Shown: positions 10,280-19,307 of the stretch, piece by piece
Layout of the letters: each line of letters starts with the position of its first letter
How positions within the stretch are numbered: the stretch's first letter is position 1
Origin: Desulfatiglandales bacterium
GTDB lineage: Bacteria; Desulfobacterota; DSM-4660; Desulfatiglandales; HGW-15
DNA length: 64,000 bases
Assembly: GCA_963667015.2 (NCBI GenBank)
Contig: CAXXJJ010000004.1
Location: 2,176,001-2,240,000, forward strand
Direction of reading: 5' to 3'
Translations under genes and position numbers: made by a program
Notes under the pieces: model-generated
What the model saw: only the letters and a program-made list of their open reading frames with translations
What the model was told of the DNA's origin: nothing
Databases searched by the model: none

Positions 10280-10468
10280 CTATATCTCAATAATTGTGAT
10301 TGCACCCTGCCTGCACGCCTCAACACAGCTTTCACACCCTATACAATCTTCGTCATTTACCGAAACCGATATTTTATCATGGAGTTCATACACTTCAACT
10401 GGACATATATCCACACATGTTCCACAGCCACTGCATTTTTCAATATCTACTTCTGGTTTGTAAGACAT
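10280..10468 (-). CDS. 2x[4Fe-4S] ferredoxin
   Basis: CSGCGTCVDICP and CIGCESCVEAC. Confidence 0.95.
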   Translation of the reverse strand: MSYKPEVDIEKCSGCGTCVDICPVEVYELHDKISVSVNDEDCIGCESCVEACRQGAITIIEI

Positions 10469-10488
10469 GATATATTCCTTCCCTCAAA

Positions 10489-10806
10489 TTACAAAACTTC
10501 ATCAATCATTGATTTAATTGCTGACTCAGGTATTGCACCAACAACCTGATCGATCTTTTTACCGTTTTTAAAAGTCATCAACGTAGGTATACCTGTAATG
10601 CCGTAAACACTTGCTACTTTTTGAGCATCATCCACGTTTACCTTACAGAAACTGAGATTATCAGTATAAACGTTCGAAAGTTTTTCAATAACCGGAGAAA
10701 GCATTTTACATGGAGCACACCAGGGGGCCCAGAAATCTACTAATACAGGAATGTTCGATTTCAGGACAACATTCTGAAAATCCTGATCTGATACATCTTT
10801 AATCAT
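10489..10806 (-). CDS. trxA: Thioredoxin
   Basis: VDFWAPWCAPC, GIPT. Confidence 0.95.
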   Translation of the reverse strand: MIKDVSDQDFQNVVLKSNIPVLVDFWAPWCAPCKMLSPVIEKLSNVYTDNLSFCKVNVDDAQKVASVYGITGIPTLMTFKNGKKIDQVVGAIPESAIKSMIDEVL

Positions 10807-10867
10807 CTTTATTATACCTCCCTTATTTTATGTAATCATTAAGCTATCGATAAAGTTCTGTTTTTTC

Positions 10868-10882
10868 ACTGCAGCCTGCAGC
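10868..10882 (-). promoter_or_regulatory. SECIS-like hairpin after the FmdB UGA
   Basis: GCUGC-AGGCU-GCAGU 14 nt after the UGA; the loop resembles the fdhF loop. Confidence 0.6.
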
Positions 10883-10890
10883 AGGAAACA

Positions 10891-11067
10891 TTATGCTCAT
10901 GAGAAGCCATCCGGTGCTGAACAAGCAGATGAAAAAGTGGAAAGCAGTTCTTCCAGCTCATCATTCCCACAATACATGCAGCGTATCTGTTCTTTTTCTC
11001 CTTCTTTCATGCACAATGCATCGAAAATCCTGCCGCACTTTTTACATTTAAATTCATATATGGGCAT
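10891..11067 (-). CDS. FmdB-family zinc-ribbon protein, probable selenoprotein ending C-x7-U-A
   Basis: MPIYEFKCKKC...CMYC; TCA TGA GCA TAA gives GFS-U-A-stop; downstream hairpin. Confidence 0.7.
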
Positions 11068-11503
11068 ATTTATATTCTCCATATCTTTCTAAATATTCTT
11101 TAATGTTTTAACAATATTTCAGCCTGGGCCAGCAACGGTGGCTTGAGCCTGCCCAGTGTCAACGAATAGTCATGGATTGGGATTCCGATCCAATCGGAAT
11201 ATTCAAGGAATTCTTCAGGCTTTTTATTACCTCCTTTACAACCGGGCTAACGTTAAATGTTCAAGCTGAAACCCTGCCCGGGCGTGATTAAGAAACCATG
11301 GGCATCAATATGATTATCGACTAAATTCATGTGGCGAATATCCTAATTTAAACTTTTTTTAAAAATTTATCTCTCATCGAAAAACATGCCATCATGACTA
11401 CAGTCTAAAAACATCGGTTTCTATCCTGCCAAACAGTTATCCGCCCTTACACGCAGTTATCTATCTTTAACCAACAGTTATTCACCATATTGTGTTCAGA
11501 TAA

Positions 11504-11519
11504 TTCAAATAGCATGCCA
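11504..11519 (-). promoter_or_regulatory. sigma54 promoter (TTGA -12 variant) for the fmdB-trxA-fdx-cooC-cooT operon
   Basis: TGGCATGCTATTTGAA. Confidence 0.6.
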
Positions 11520-11646
11520 AATGCAATCCTGGATATATTGTTTTCAGCCATGTTATCCCCAGAGCATAACAACCTAAAATATCAACTAATTTACAGTACA
11601 ATAACATTGGGGAATAAATAATGTAAAACATCTTGACAAAAGAGGT

Positions 11647-11694
11647 AACGTTACATAACGTAATCAATAACATTTATAACGTTACCATAACGTT
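11647..11694. promoter_or_regulatory. Tandem enhancer sites, motif B
   Basis: AACGTTACATAACGTAAT and AACGTTAC-C-ATAACGTT, 31 bp apart; repeated at 14990-15038. Confidence 0.6.
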
Positions 11695-11745
11695 TTGTTT
11701 TTTAGTTATGCCTGATCCGATGGGGGGTTTTAAAAAGGACATATT

Positions 11746-13158
11746 ATGCAGAATAAGACAAAAAGCGTGCTGGACCCAAGTTTTTCACATCTGCTGTTTG
11801 AGTCAATGGCAGATGGTGTTTTTACTCTTAATGATGAAGGCCGAATCACATCATGGAACCCTTCTATTGAGCGGATAACCGGCTATACTTCAGATGAAGC
11901 CATTGGCCAGCTTTGTACAATGCTTAACTTTACACAATGTTTTAAACAAAGCTGTCCTGCCAGTATCAGTGATTGTGATATTTACAGACACGGTAAACTT
12001 GATGGCAGGGAATGCATTCTACGCCACAGGGAAGGCTATGACGTCCCTGTGATAAAAAGTGCAAGGCTTGTTAAGGATGAAAGCGGAAACATCAAAGGTG
12101 TTGTAGAAACTGTGACAGATCTTACTGAGCTTAAAAAGGCCAGAAGAAAGGCTGAAGAAGCCGACAGGAAGCTGCATGAAATCCATACCTTCGACAATAT
12201 AATAGGTAAAAGCCATGCCATGCAGCAGGTTTTTACAGCTATCAAAGCTGCTGCCGCAAGCGAAGCAACTATCCTCATCCAGGGCGAAAGCGGAACAGGA
12301 AAAGAGCTTGTTGCAGGTTCTATCCATCATAACAGTGCCCGGAAAGATATGCCCTTTGTCGCGGTTAGCTGCAGTGCACTTTCAGAGACACTCCTTGAAA
12401 GCGAATTATTCGGCCATGTTAAAGGGGCTTATACAGGAGCTATTCGGGATCGTGCGGGACGCTTCGAAGAGGCAAACAGGGGAACAATTTTTCTTGATGA
12501 AATAGGTGAAATCAGCCCCTTTATACAGGTAAAACTTCTCAGAGTTTTGCAGGAAAGAGAGATTGAGCGGGTTGGAGAATCAAAAAAAAGAAAGGTCGAC
12601 ATCAGGATTATCGCGGCGACAAATAAAGAACTCATAGGCCTTGTAAAAAGCGGAGATTTCCGGGAAGACCTCTATTACAGGCTTAAGGTCTATCCGATCA
12701 CTATTCCCACACTGCGGAATAGAAAAGAGGACATCCCTTTATTTGTCAGACATTTCATTACAAATCAAAACAAAAAAACCGGAAAAAAAATAAAGGGTGT
12801 AAAACAGGATACCATGCGAATCATTATGGATTACCAGTGGCCGGGCAATGTCCGTGAACTGGAGAACGCGATAGAACATGCCTTTGTTGTATGCTCCGAG
12901 GATTATATTGACATCTTTGACCTTCCTGTTGAGATACGTCAGATGAATTACCGCCCCAATTTCGCGGAAAACTCCCTATCAGGTAAAGCAAATCCATTTC
13001 ATAAAGGAGAACTTACCCGGAAAAAATTAGAACAAATCCTGAAGGACAGTAACTGGAACAAGGCAGAGGCAGGCAGGCGGATAGGCCTTAGCAGAACAGC
13101 TGTATGGAAGTATATGAAAAAGTGGGATATACCGCTAAAAAAGCCTGGTTCATATTAA
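11746..13158 (+). CDS. PAS-domain sigma54-dependent activator with Cys-rich PAS
   Basis: PAS with [38 protein letters not shown]. Confidence 0.9.
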   Translation: MQNKTKSVLDPSFSHLLFESMADGVFTLNDEGRITSWNPSIERITGYTSDEAIGQLCTMLNFTQCFKQSCPASISDCDIYRHGKLDGRECILRHREGYDVPVIKSARLVKDESGNIKGVVETVTDLTELKKARRKAEEADRKLHEIHTFDNIIGKSHAMQQVFTAIKAAAASEATILIQGESGTGKELVAGSIHHNSARKDMPFVAVSCSALSETLLESELFGHVKGAYTGAIRDRAGRFEEANRGTIFLDEIGEISPFIQVKLLRVLQEREIERVGESKKRKVDIRIIAATNKELIGLVKSGDFREDLYYRLKVYPITIPTLRNRKEDIPLFVRHFITNQNKKTGKKIKGVKQDTMRIIMDYQWPGNVRELENAIEHAFVVCSEDYIDIFDLPVEIRQMNYRPNFAENSLSGKANPFHKGELTRKKLEQILKDSNWNKAEAGRRIGLSRTAVWKYMKKWDIPLKKPGSY

Positions 13159-13221
13159 AATATAAAAAGGACAGATATCAGGGGCAGTAAAAAAATGATA
13201 TCTATAGAACAGGGAGTTTTT

Positions 13222-14256
13222 ATGCGCCTGCTGATTAATTTTGTAATTTGTAATTTATTATTGTTTAGCACAACGATGTATGCGGATACTAGATCTCCTT
13301 CGGATCAAAAGCTCAGGACATTCAGTCTATACTTCGAAAATGATGTATTTGCCCACGTCGATGAACAGTATACCAATGGATTAAAACTTACCTGGAGCAG
13401 ATACGGATTATCTGAACTGCCTGATGATGCCCTTCTTCACCGGTGGCTGTACCCGATTGTAAAGCAGCTGGGGTTTGCCAATCCTGATACGGAAAAAGCC
13501 CTGACATTTTCAATCGGACAAAATATTTACACCCCTGAAGATACAGATTCGGCTGAACTTATCAGACATGACCGCCCCTATGCCGGGGCAACATATATTG
13601 AACTCGGTTTTCACAGAAAGATTGCGCATCATATGAATACCTTTGGGCTCTGTCTTGGAATCGTTGGGCCTCACTCCTATGCCGAGCAAATTCAAAACGA
13701 GGTGCACGAGCTGCTGGGTTCCAGTGAATCGAAAGGCTGGGACAACCAGCTTAAAGATGAACTGGCCATGACAATAATATATGACTACAAACAAAAGGTC
13801 TTTGCAACCGGCATTAATAAAGGGTTTGGCGGAGATATAATTATTAATGCGGGTGGCGCTCTCGGGACGATAAAAACCTTTGGGGATGCGGGGCTGTCAG
13901 CACGGTACGGATGGAATGTGCCTGATGACTGCGGCAATTTCCCTATTCAGCCGGCAACATGCTTTAATGCAGAGTTGAAACAGTCATCATACAATATACA
14001 CAATCGGTTCGGAGTCCATCTCTTTGCCTCGGTTTCGACCCAGGTAGTATTACGGGATATCTTTCTTGACGGCAATACATTTCGTGACAGTCACAGCGTA
14101 AACAAAAAACCTGTTATCGGTGTTTTTATGGGGGGTATTGGTATCATCATGAATAAAGTCAAGCTTGTATTTGCCTATGTGGCGAGGACAAAGTCCTTTG
14201 AAACTCAAGAAGATTCGGAAATATTCGGTTCGCTTAATTTATCTTTTCGTTATTAA
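13222..14256 (+). CDS. Lipid A deacylase LpxR-family outer-membrane protein (DUF2219)
   Basis: Signal peptide, ENDVF..YTNG, GQNIYTP, DRPYAG, GWDNQL, aromatic C-terminus. Confidence 0.85.
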   Translation: MRLLINFVICNLLLFSTTMYADTRSPSDQKLRTFSLYFENDVFAHVDEQYTNGLKLTWSRYGLSELPDDALLHRWLYPIVKQLGFANPDTEKALTFSIGQNIYTPEDTDSAELIRHDRPYAGATYIELGFHRKIAHHMNTFGLCLGIVGPHSYAEQIQNEVHELLGSSESKGWDNQLKDELAMTIIYDYKQKVFATGINKGFGGDIIINAGGALGTIKTFGDAGLSARYGWNVPDDCGNFPIQPATCFNAELKQSSYNIHNRFGVHLFASVSTQVVLRDIFLDGNTFRDSHSVNKKPVIGVFMGGIGIIMNKVKLVFAYVARTKSFETQEDSEIFGSLNLSFRY

Positions 14257-14267
14257 GGTTTTAAAAA

Positions 14268-14576
14268 GTGGATAAATTTAAAGTTATTACAGACGCAAGA
14301 GAATTGCTCGAACTTCCGGAAACGGCTTCAATGGCGGAGATAAAAACCCACTATCGTAGGTTACTGGACAAATGGCATCCGGATAAATGCGCTGGCAGTA
14401 AAACAAAATGTACTGAAATGACACAACAGCTTATTGCAGCATATAACATTTTAGTAAATTACTGTGAGCAGTACAAATACTCCTTTACCGAAGAAGCCGT
14501 AAACATGCATCTGACGCCTGAAGAATGGTGGGATAAGCGTTTTGGCGATGATCCCTTATGGGGTAAAAAGACTTAA
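14268..14576 (+). CDS. Small J-domain protein
   Basis: WHPDKC; paralogue of 17096-17416. Confidence 0.85.
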   Translation: MDKFKVITDARELLELPETASMAEIKTHYRRLLDKWHPDKCAGSKTKCTEMTQQLIAAYNILVNYCEQYKYSFTEEAVNMHLTPEEWWDKRFGDDPLWGKKT

Positions 14577-14649
14577 CCCTAATAAACGGTACTGAAAATA
14601 TACTGTCTGTTAACACAATTCGTATATTTATCTATTCCCTGAAAACCAT

Positions 14650-14823
14650 TAATTTTATAAAACATTGGAGGCAGGCAGACGACCCCCAGTTGCAGTGAAC
14701 TGAAGATCACCTGCCTGTTTGAGGAGAAAATTTGTACCTGGAGGAGGTACTGCCAAGTTCTTCTCCAAAAGAAAGATGAAAAGTTGTTTTTCTATGGCAT
14801 AGCCATAATTTCATATCACTCTG
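14650..14823 (-). ncRNA. Candidate sigma54-dependent small RNA with a CCUCC-loop hairpin and a 20-bp G-U-rich hairpin (ends approximate)
   Basis: No ORF seen; sigma54 box at 14835-14850; hairpin 14672-14717 pairs fully (5 G-U) only on the minus strand; GUACCU-CCUCC-AGGUAC hairpin at 14734-14750. Confidence 0.6.
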
Positions 14824-14834
14824 CCCAAGAGTAT

Positions 14835-14850
14835 TTCAAATGATATGCCA
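14835..14850 (-). promoter_or_regulatory. sigma54 promoter (TTGA -12 variant)
   Basis: TGGCATATCATTTGAA, same type as 11504-11519. Confidence 0.6.
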
Positions 14851-14989
14851 AAAAGAACACTTACACTATTCCGGCAGACAGATAATACATATAAAAATAT
14901 AACCAATTGAATTACATAGCATTTATTCCCCTAATAAGATTTTTTAAATTTGGAGAAACAGGAATTAATATTATTTCTCTTTGATTGAG

Positions 14990-15038
14990 AACGTTACACA
15001 CCGTTACAAATAGTTAACCGGAACGCTACTGTAACGCT
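14990..15038. promoter_or_regulatory. Tandem enhancer sites, motif B
   Basis: AACGTTACACACCGTTAC and AACGCTAC-T-GTAACGCT, 32 bp apart. Confidence 0.55.
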
Positions 15039-15279
15039 TTAAGTTTTATCAAAATTGTACTCAGGGAAAAGACATGATTTATTCAGGATATAGAGGGATG
15101 CCTCTTTGGCAAAAAAATAATTTAATATTATCCCACAGGACAGGCAAAACCTCTGCTGGGAAAGAAACTTTTTTATCCGGATTAAACTTTAAAATTATAA
15201 AAATATCTCATATGATTATAGATCAAGATTAACTGTTGATTCATACTTTTTCAAATAAACACTACAGGAATAAGGAGGT

Positions 15280-16011
15280 ATGCCTATGGGCGAAGAGTTA
15301 AAGGTAAAATGTGCAAGACCAACCGGCGGACCGGTAGGAGAGTCAATAAAGTCAAATGATTCAAAAGATAAAAATGAAATATCAACTAAGGAGGTGAAGG
15401 CCATGATCCAGGTAGGGAAAAAAGCCCCTGATTTTGCTGCACCGGCATATCAAAATGGAAGCTTTAAAAGTATACAGTTATCAGAATATTTAGGGAAATG
15501 GGTTGTTTTATGTTTTTATCCAGGGGATTTTACTTTTGTCTGAGCGACCGAGGTTGCAGCAGTTGCTGCGAAATATCCGGAATATGAAAAACTCGGAGTA
15601 GAAGTTCTGACAATGAGTGTTGACAGTATATATGTACACAAGATGTGGGTTGACAATGAACTGTCCAAGATGGTCCCGGGAGGCATTCCATTCCCAATGC
15701 TTTCAGATGGCGGTGGAAAGGTAGGAAGTGTATACGGGGTATACAATGAGGATATGGGTGTAAATACCAGGGGAAGATTCATTATTGATCCTGACGGCAT
15801 TGTTCAGGCATATGAAATCCTTACTGACCCTGTTGGAAGGAATGTAATGGAAAGTATCAGACAGATCCAGGCATTTCAGTATGTAAGAAAAAGTGAAGGC
15901 ACAGAGGCCACTCCTGCCGGATGGAAACCCGGGAAGCAGACCCTTAAACCCGGTCCTGACCTGGTTGGTAAAGTTTGGGAAGTATGGAAGACCGATATGG
16001 CCTTTGATTAA
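15280..16011 (+). CDS. prxU: Selenocysteine-containing peroxiredoxin (UGA at 15541-15543)
   Basis: [13 protein letters not shown] places UGA at the peroxidatic Cys position; ORFs 15280-15543 and 15613-16011 are in frame. Confidence 0.93.
15554..15571 (+). promoter_or_regulatory. SECIS-like hairpin of prxU
   Basis: UUGCAGC-AGUU-GCUGCGA 10 nt after the UGA. Confidence 0.75.
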
Positions 16012-16021
16012 AAAATGTACC

Positions 16022-16054
16022 GTGTAGAGACAGGTTTTAATCCTGTCTCTACAC
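16022..16054. repeat. GTAG-type REP-like palindrome / intercistronic hairpin
   Basis: GTGTAGAGACAGG-TTTTAAT-CCTGTCTCTACAC, perfect 13-bp stem. Confidence 0.5.
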
Positions 16055-16086
16055 AACAACAGGCAATAGGACAGGCTGGAACAAAA

Positions 16087-17088
16087 ATGAAAAATGTAAT
16101 ATCATATATAAAAAAATACCTGCACTACTGGATGATTGTTTCAATCATTCTGGGGCTAGCAAATGTCCATTTTTTAGGAGGCTTCTCAATCCCCAAAGGA
16201 GTACTGGTTTTTCTGGTTGTATTACTCGTAATATTTCCGGCCATGGTCAATACAAAATTTGAGGAGGTCTTTGCTCACCTGAAAGAACCAAGGCCGATCT
16301 TCTGCAGCTTTTTCCTTAATTTTGTGCTTTCGCCCCTTATTGCCTTTTTACTGGGGAAAATTTTTCTATCAGATCATCCCCAATTGTATACGGCACTGAT
16401 TCTTCTATCCCTTGTACCGACAAGCGCCATGAGTGCAGCGTGGACATCCTTTTCAGGTGCAAAGATGGCCACAGCCCTTTATCTTATCCCTGCCAATCTT
16501 CTGTTTACGGCATTTGTCGGGCTCCCCTTTATTCTGCCTCTTTTCATCGGGGATGTAATGACCTTTCAAAAGGCAAACATTGTGAAAACCATATTTCTTG
16601 TTTTTATAATTCCACTGATCCTGGGTGATCTTATGCGCAGACTGATCATAAGGATTAAAAGTCCTGATTTTTTTAATACACGGATCAAGCCCAATCTGGG
16701 AAGCGCAGGGTCTATAGGCATACTGATTCTTGTTTTTCTGATCATGTCACTTAAAAGAAATGCTGTTTTACTGCATAATCTCGACCGGATAGCGGTAATG
16801 ATTCCGCCTGTAGTATTGTTTTATGCCATACTGTATCTAATCAGTGCGGCCTGGGCATTATTTTTAATTAAAAGTAAAACGCTGCCCGGAGAAAAAGCAA
16901 TTGTAATTATTTACACCTCTGTAGCAAGGCATATTAATATCTCTCTTGCCCTCATACTCTCTTCTTTCTCTCTTGAACAATCATCTTCAATGATTCTCCT
17001 GGTAATGACAGCCTATGTGATCCAGGTTCCGTCACTTGCATTCTTCGCACAACATTTCGGGAAACGATTAGTAAATAACATCAATTAG
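16087..17088 (+). CDS. Bile acid:sodium symporter/Acr3-family membrane transporter
   Basis: ~10 TM helices; LNFVLSPL and LVPTSAMSAAWT motifs. Confidence 0.75.
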   Translation: MKNVISYIKKYLHYWMIVSIILGLANVHFLGGFSIPKGVLVFLVVLLVIFPAMVNTKFEEVFAHLKEPRPIFCSFFLNFVLSPLIAFLLGKIFLSDHPQLYTALILLSLVPTSAMSAAWTSFSGAKMATALYLIPANLLFTAFVGLPFILPLFIGDVMTFQKANIVKTIFLVFIIPLILGDLMRRLIIRIKSPDFFNTRIKPNLGSAGSIGILILVFLIMSLKRNAVLLHNLDRIAVMIPPVVLFYAILYLISAAWALFLIKSKTLPGEKAIVIIYTSVARHINISLALILSSFSLEQSSSMILLVMTAYVIQVPSLAFFAQHFGKRLVNNIN

Positions 17089-17095
17089 TTTAAAT

Positions 17096-17416
17096 ATGAA
17101 TAAATTTAAAGAAATCACAGATGCAAGAAAAGTCCTGGAGCTTTCGGAAACGGCTTCAATAAATGAGATAAAAGATAACTATCGCAGGCTATTGTCCAGA
17201 TGGCATCCGGATAAATGTCTTGAGAACAAGGCAGAATGCACTGAAATAACACAACAACTGACTTCGGCATACAACATTTTGATGCGTTACTGTAATAATT
17301 ATAAATACTCTTTCACTGAAACGACTGTAAACAGACACCTGTCACCCAAAGAGTGGTGGGCTGATCGTTTTGGTAATGATCCTTTATGGGGTAAAAATAC
17401 TAAACCTGAATCTTAA
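17096..17416 (+). CDS. Small J-domain protein
   Basis: WHPDKC; paralogue of 14268-14576. Confidence 0.85.
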   Translation: MNKFKEITDARKVLELSETASINEIKDNYRRLLSRWHPDKCLENKAECTEITQQLTSAYNILMRYCNNYKYSFTETTVNRHLSPKEWWADRFGNDPLWGKNTKPES

Positions 17417-17445
17417 AACCTTTTTCAAAATATGCAGGCACTCAT

Positions 17446-18468
17446 TCATCCGCCTATGCTATTCATTGACCGCATGCATTTGTGTTGATGATAAAGGCTC
17501 AGTCCATGATTTTCAGGTTTATTCATAACAGCGATTCTGATAAGTCCAAGAAGATCTTCATCTTCAATGCCTCTTCTCATTGCCGTTTTAAGATCTACCT
17601 CTTTGTCAGAAAAAAGACAACCTCTGAGACCCCCGTCAGCAGTTAAGCGAAGCCGGTTGCACTTATTGCAGAAGTTATGGGTCAAGGCGCCTATAAATCC
17701 TATTTCTCCCTTTGCGCCTTTAAGGGCATATCGTCTTGCAGGACCGTCAAGTACACTCGAAACAACAGGCCTCAGGACGCCCAATTGTTTTATTTTATCG
17801 AAAATCTCTTTAATGGATATAAATGTATCAGTTGCCCAGTTGCTTTTCCCCACAGGCATCATTTCTATAAAACGTACATGAAGGGGCCTGTTATAGGTTA
17901 TTTTAGCGAAATCAAGGATCTCATCGTCATTTATTCCCTTCATTGCCACAACATTGATCTTAATCGGTTTAATTCCGACAGATTCAGCTTCGTCGATCCC
18001 TTCCCATACACGTTCAAAATAATCACGCCTCGTGACAGTTCGAAACCTGTCTTTCTTCAATGTATCCATACTCACATTAATCCGGGATATTCCGCAATCC
18101 CTGAGAGGACGTGCAAATTCTTTCAGCAGGACACCGTTGGTGGTAATGGATATTTCTTCCAGTCCGTCTACAGCGCACAGTTTTTTAATAAAAGGGATAA
18201 TACCCTTTCTTATTAAAGGCTCACCACCCGTGATTCTGACCTTTCGAATACCGTTTGCTGCACATAATGTTACAACACGAAACAGTTCCTCATAGGTCAG
18301 TATCTCATCATGGGGAATAAAATCAATACCTTCTTCAGGCATACAGTAGATACATCTAAGATTGCATCGATCAATTAATGATAAGCGCAGGTAGTTAATA
18401 ACCCTTTTGTTACTGTCACGGAATCCGGTTATTGAATCATAACCAGGCTGTTGCATTCTATTCTTCAT
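17446..18468 (-). CDS. moaA: GTP 3',8-cyclase
   Basis: YLRLSLIDRCNLRCIYCMP, FCNKCNRLRLTADG, C-terminal IGG. Confidence 0.95.
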   Translation of the reverse strand: MKNRMQQPGYDSITGFRDSNKRVINYLRLSLIDRCNLRCIYCMPEEGIDFIPHDEILTYEELFRVVTLCAANGIRKVRITGGEPLIRKGIIPFIKKLCAVDGLEEISITTNGVLLKEFARPLRDCGISRINVSMDTLKKDRFRTVTRRDYFERVWEGIDEAESVGIKPIKINVVAMKGINDDEILDFAKITYNRPLHVRFIEMMPVGKSNWATDTFISIKEIFDKIKQLGVLRPVVSSVLDGPARRYALKGAKGEIGFIGALTHNFCNKCNRLRLTADGGLRGCLFSDKEVDLKTAMRRGIEDEDLLGLIRIAVMNKPENHGLSLYHQHKCMRSMNSIGG

Positions 18469-18510
18469 TTATCTCCGCCTTATATAATTATATTTGAGGA
18501 TTATTAATAT

Positions 18511-18711
18511 TCAGGAAGCCTTTTTCTCCTGCATAATAACGAAATGACCATCGAGAAGATTTATAGACTTGATCTCTCCATGAATAAATTCTCTTTCTCC
18601 AAAAAGGTTGATCATCCAGAACCCCTGCTCCCCTGCCTCTACTTTGGCAACATCTTTTAGAATTTCTTTATTTCCATTTTCCGATTCCATATATACTGAA
18701 CTTAAACACAT
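18511..18711 (-). CDS. CooT-family nickel-binding protein, second copy
   Basis: MCLSSVY, NLFGE; paralogue of 9249-9431. Confidence 0.8.
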   Translation of the reverse strand: MCLSSVYMESENGNKEILKDVAKVEAGEQGFWMINLFGEREFIHGEIKSINLLDGHFVIMQEKKAS

Positions 18712-18729
18712 ATCTTCCTCCGATTTAGA

Positions 18730-18910
18730 TTATTTACCAACAAGACACTCAGATACCTTTTGAGCAGCAGAAAAGTCCCTAGTTACATTCATCAGCATTG
18801 ACCGGCACTGACTTTTCGTCCTGAAGTTCATAGACGTCTACAGGGCAAACATCAACACACTCTCCACAACCGACACATTTTTCAATATCTACTTCTGGTT
18901 TGTAAGCCAT
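18730..18910 (-). pseudogene. Truncated ferredoxin joined to a residual CooC-like 3' end
   Basis: MAYKPEVDIEKCVGCGECVDVCP stops at the first Cys of the second cluster; the following bases encode TRDFSAAQKVSECLVGK*, resembling the CooC C-terminus. Confidence 0.7.
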
Positions 18911-18932
18911 AATATATCCTCTATAATGCTTA

Positions 18933-19307
18933 TTAAAAGTTACCTTTCCATCTCCCGCATCCTCTTTTACCGAAGCCCTTTCCTCCGCATCCGCCAAATC
19001 CTTTAACTTCAAAATTCCCGCGGGAAAATACCCTGAGGATCTCCATCAGATCATCACTTAGATCTTCAAAATACACATAGTTTCTGAAAGGTTGCTGAAG
19101 CGAGAGATCATATTGCCGCCTTTTTTCCTCATCCCCGAGCACATGATATGCCTCATTGATCTCCTTTAGCTGCTCTTCACAATCTGATTTACCCTTATTT
19201 CGGTCCGGATGATATTTCATTGCCAGGTTACGATAGGCCTTCTTGATCTCTTTATCCGAAGCGTCCTTTTCGACACCAAGAAATTGGTAATAATCTTTGA
19301 CATCCAA
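18933..19307 (-). CDS. DnaJ-domain protein with Gly/Cys/Arg tail
   Basis: [20 protein letters not shown]; tail [17 protein letters not shown]; probable TTG start after GGAG. Confidence 0.85.
   Translation of the reverse strand: MDVKDYYQFLGVEKDASDKEIKKAYRNLAMKYHPDRNKGKSDCEEQLKEINEAYHVLGDEEKRRQYDLSLQQPFRNYVYFEDLSDDLMEILRVFSRGNFEVKGFGGCGGKGFGKRGCGRWKGNF

Noticed and set aside
18779..18781. TAG in ferredoxin as pyrrolysine or readthrough
   Set aside because: Downstream codons do not continue the ferredoxin motif; a deletion explains it.
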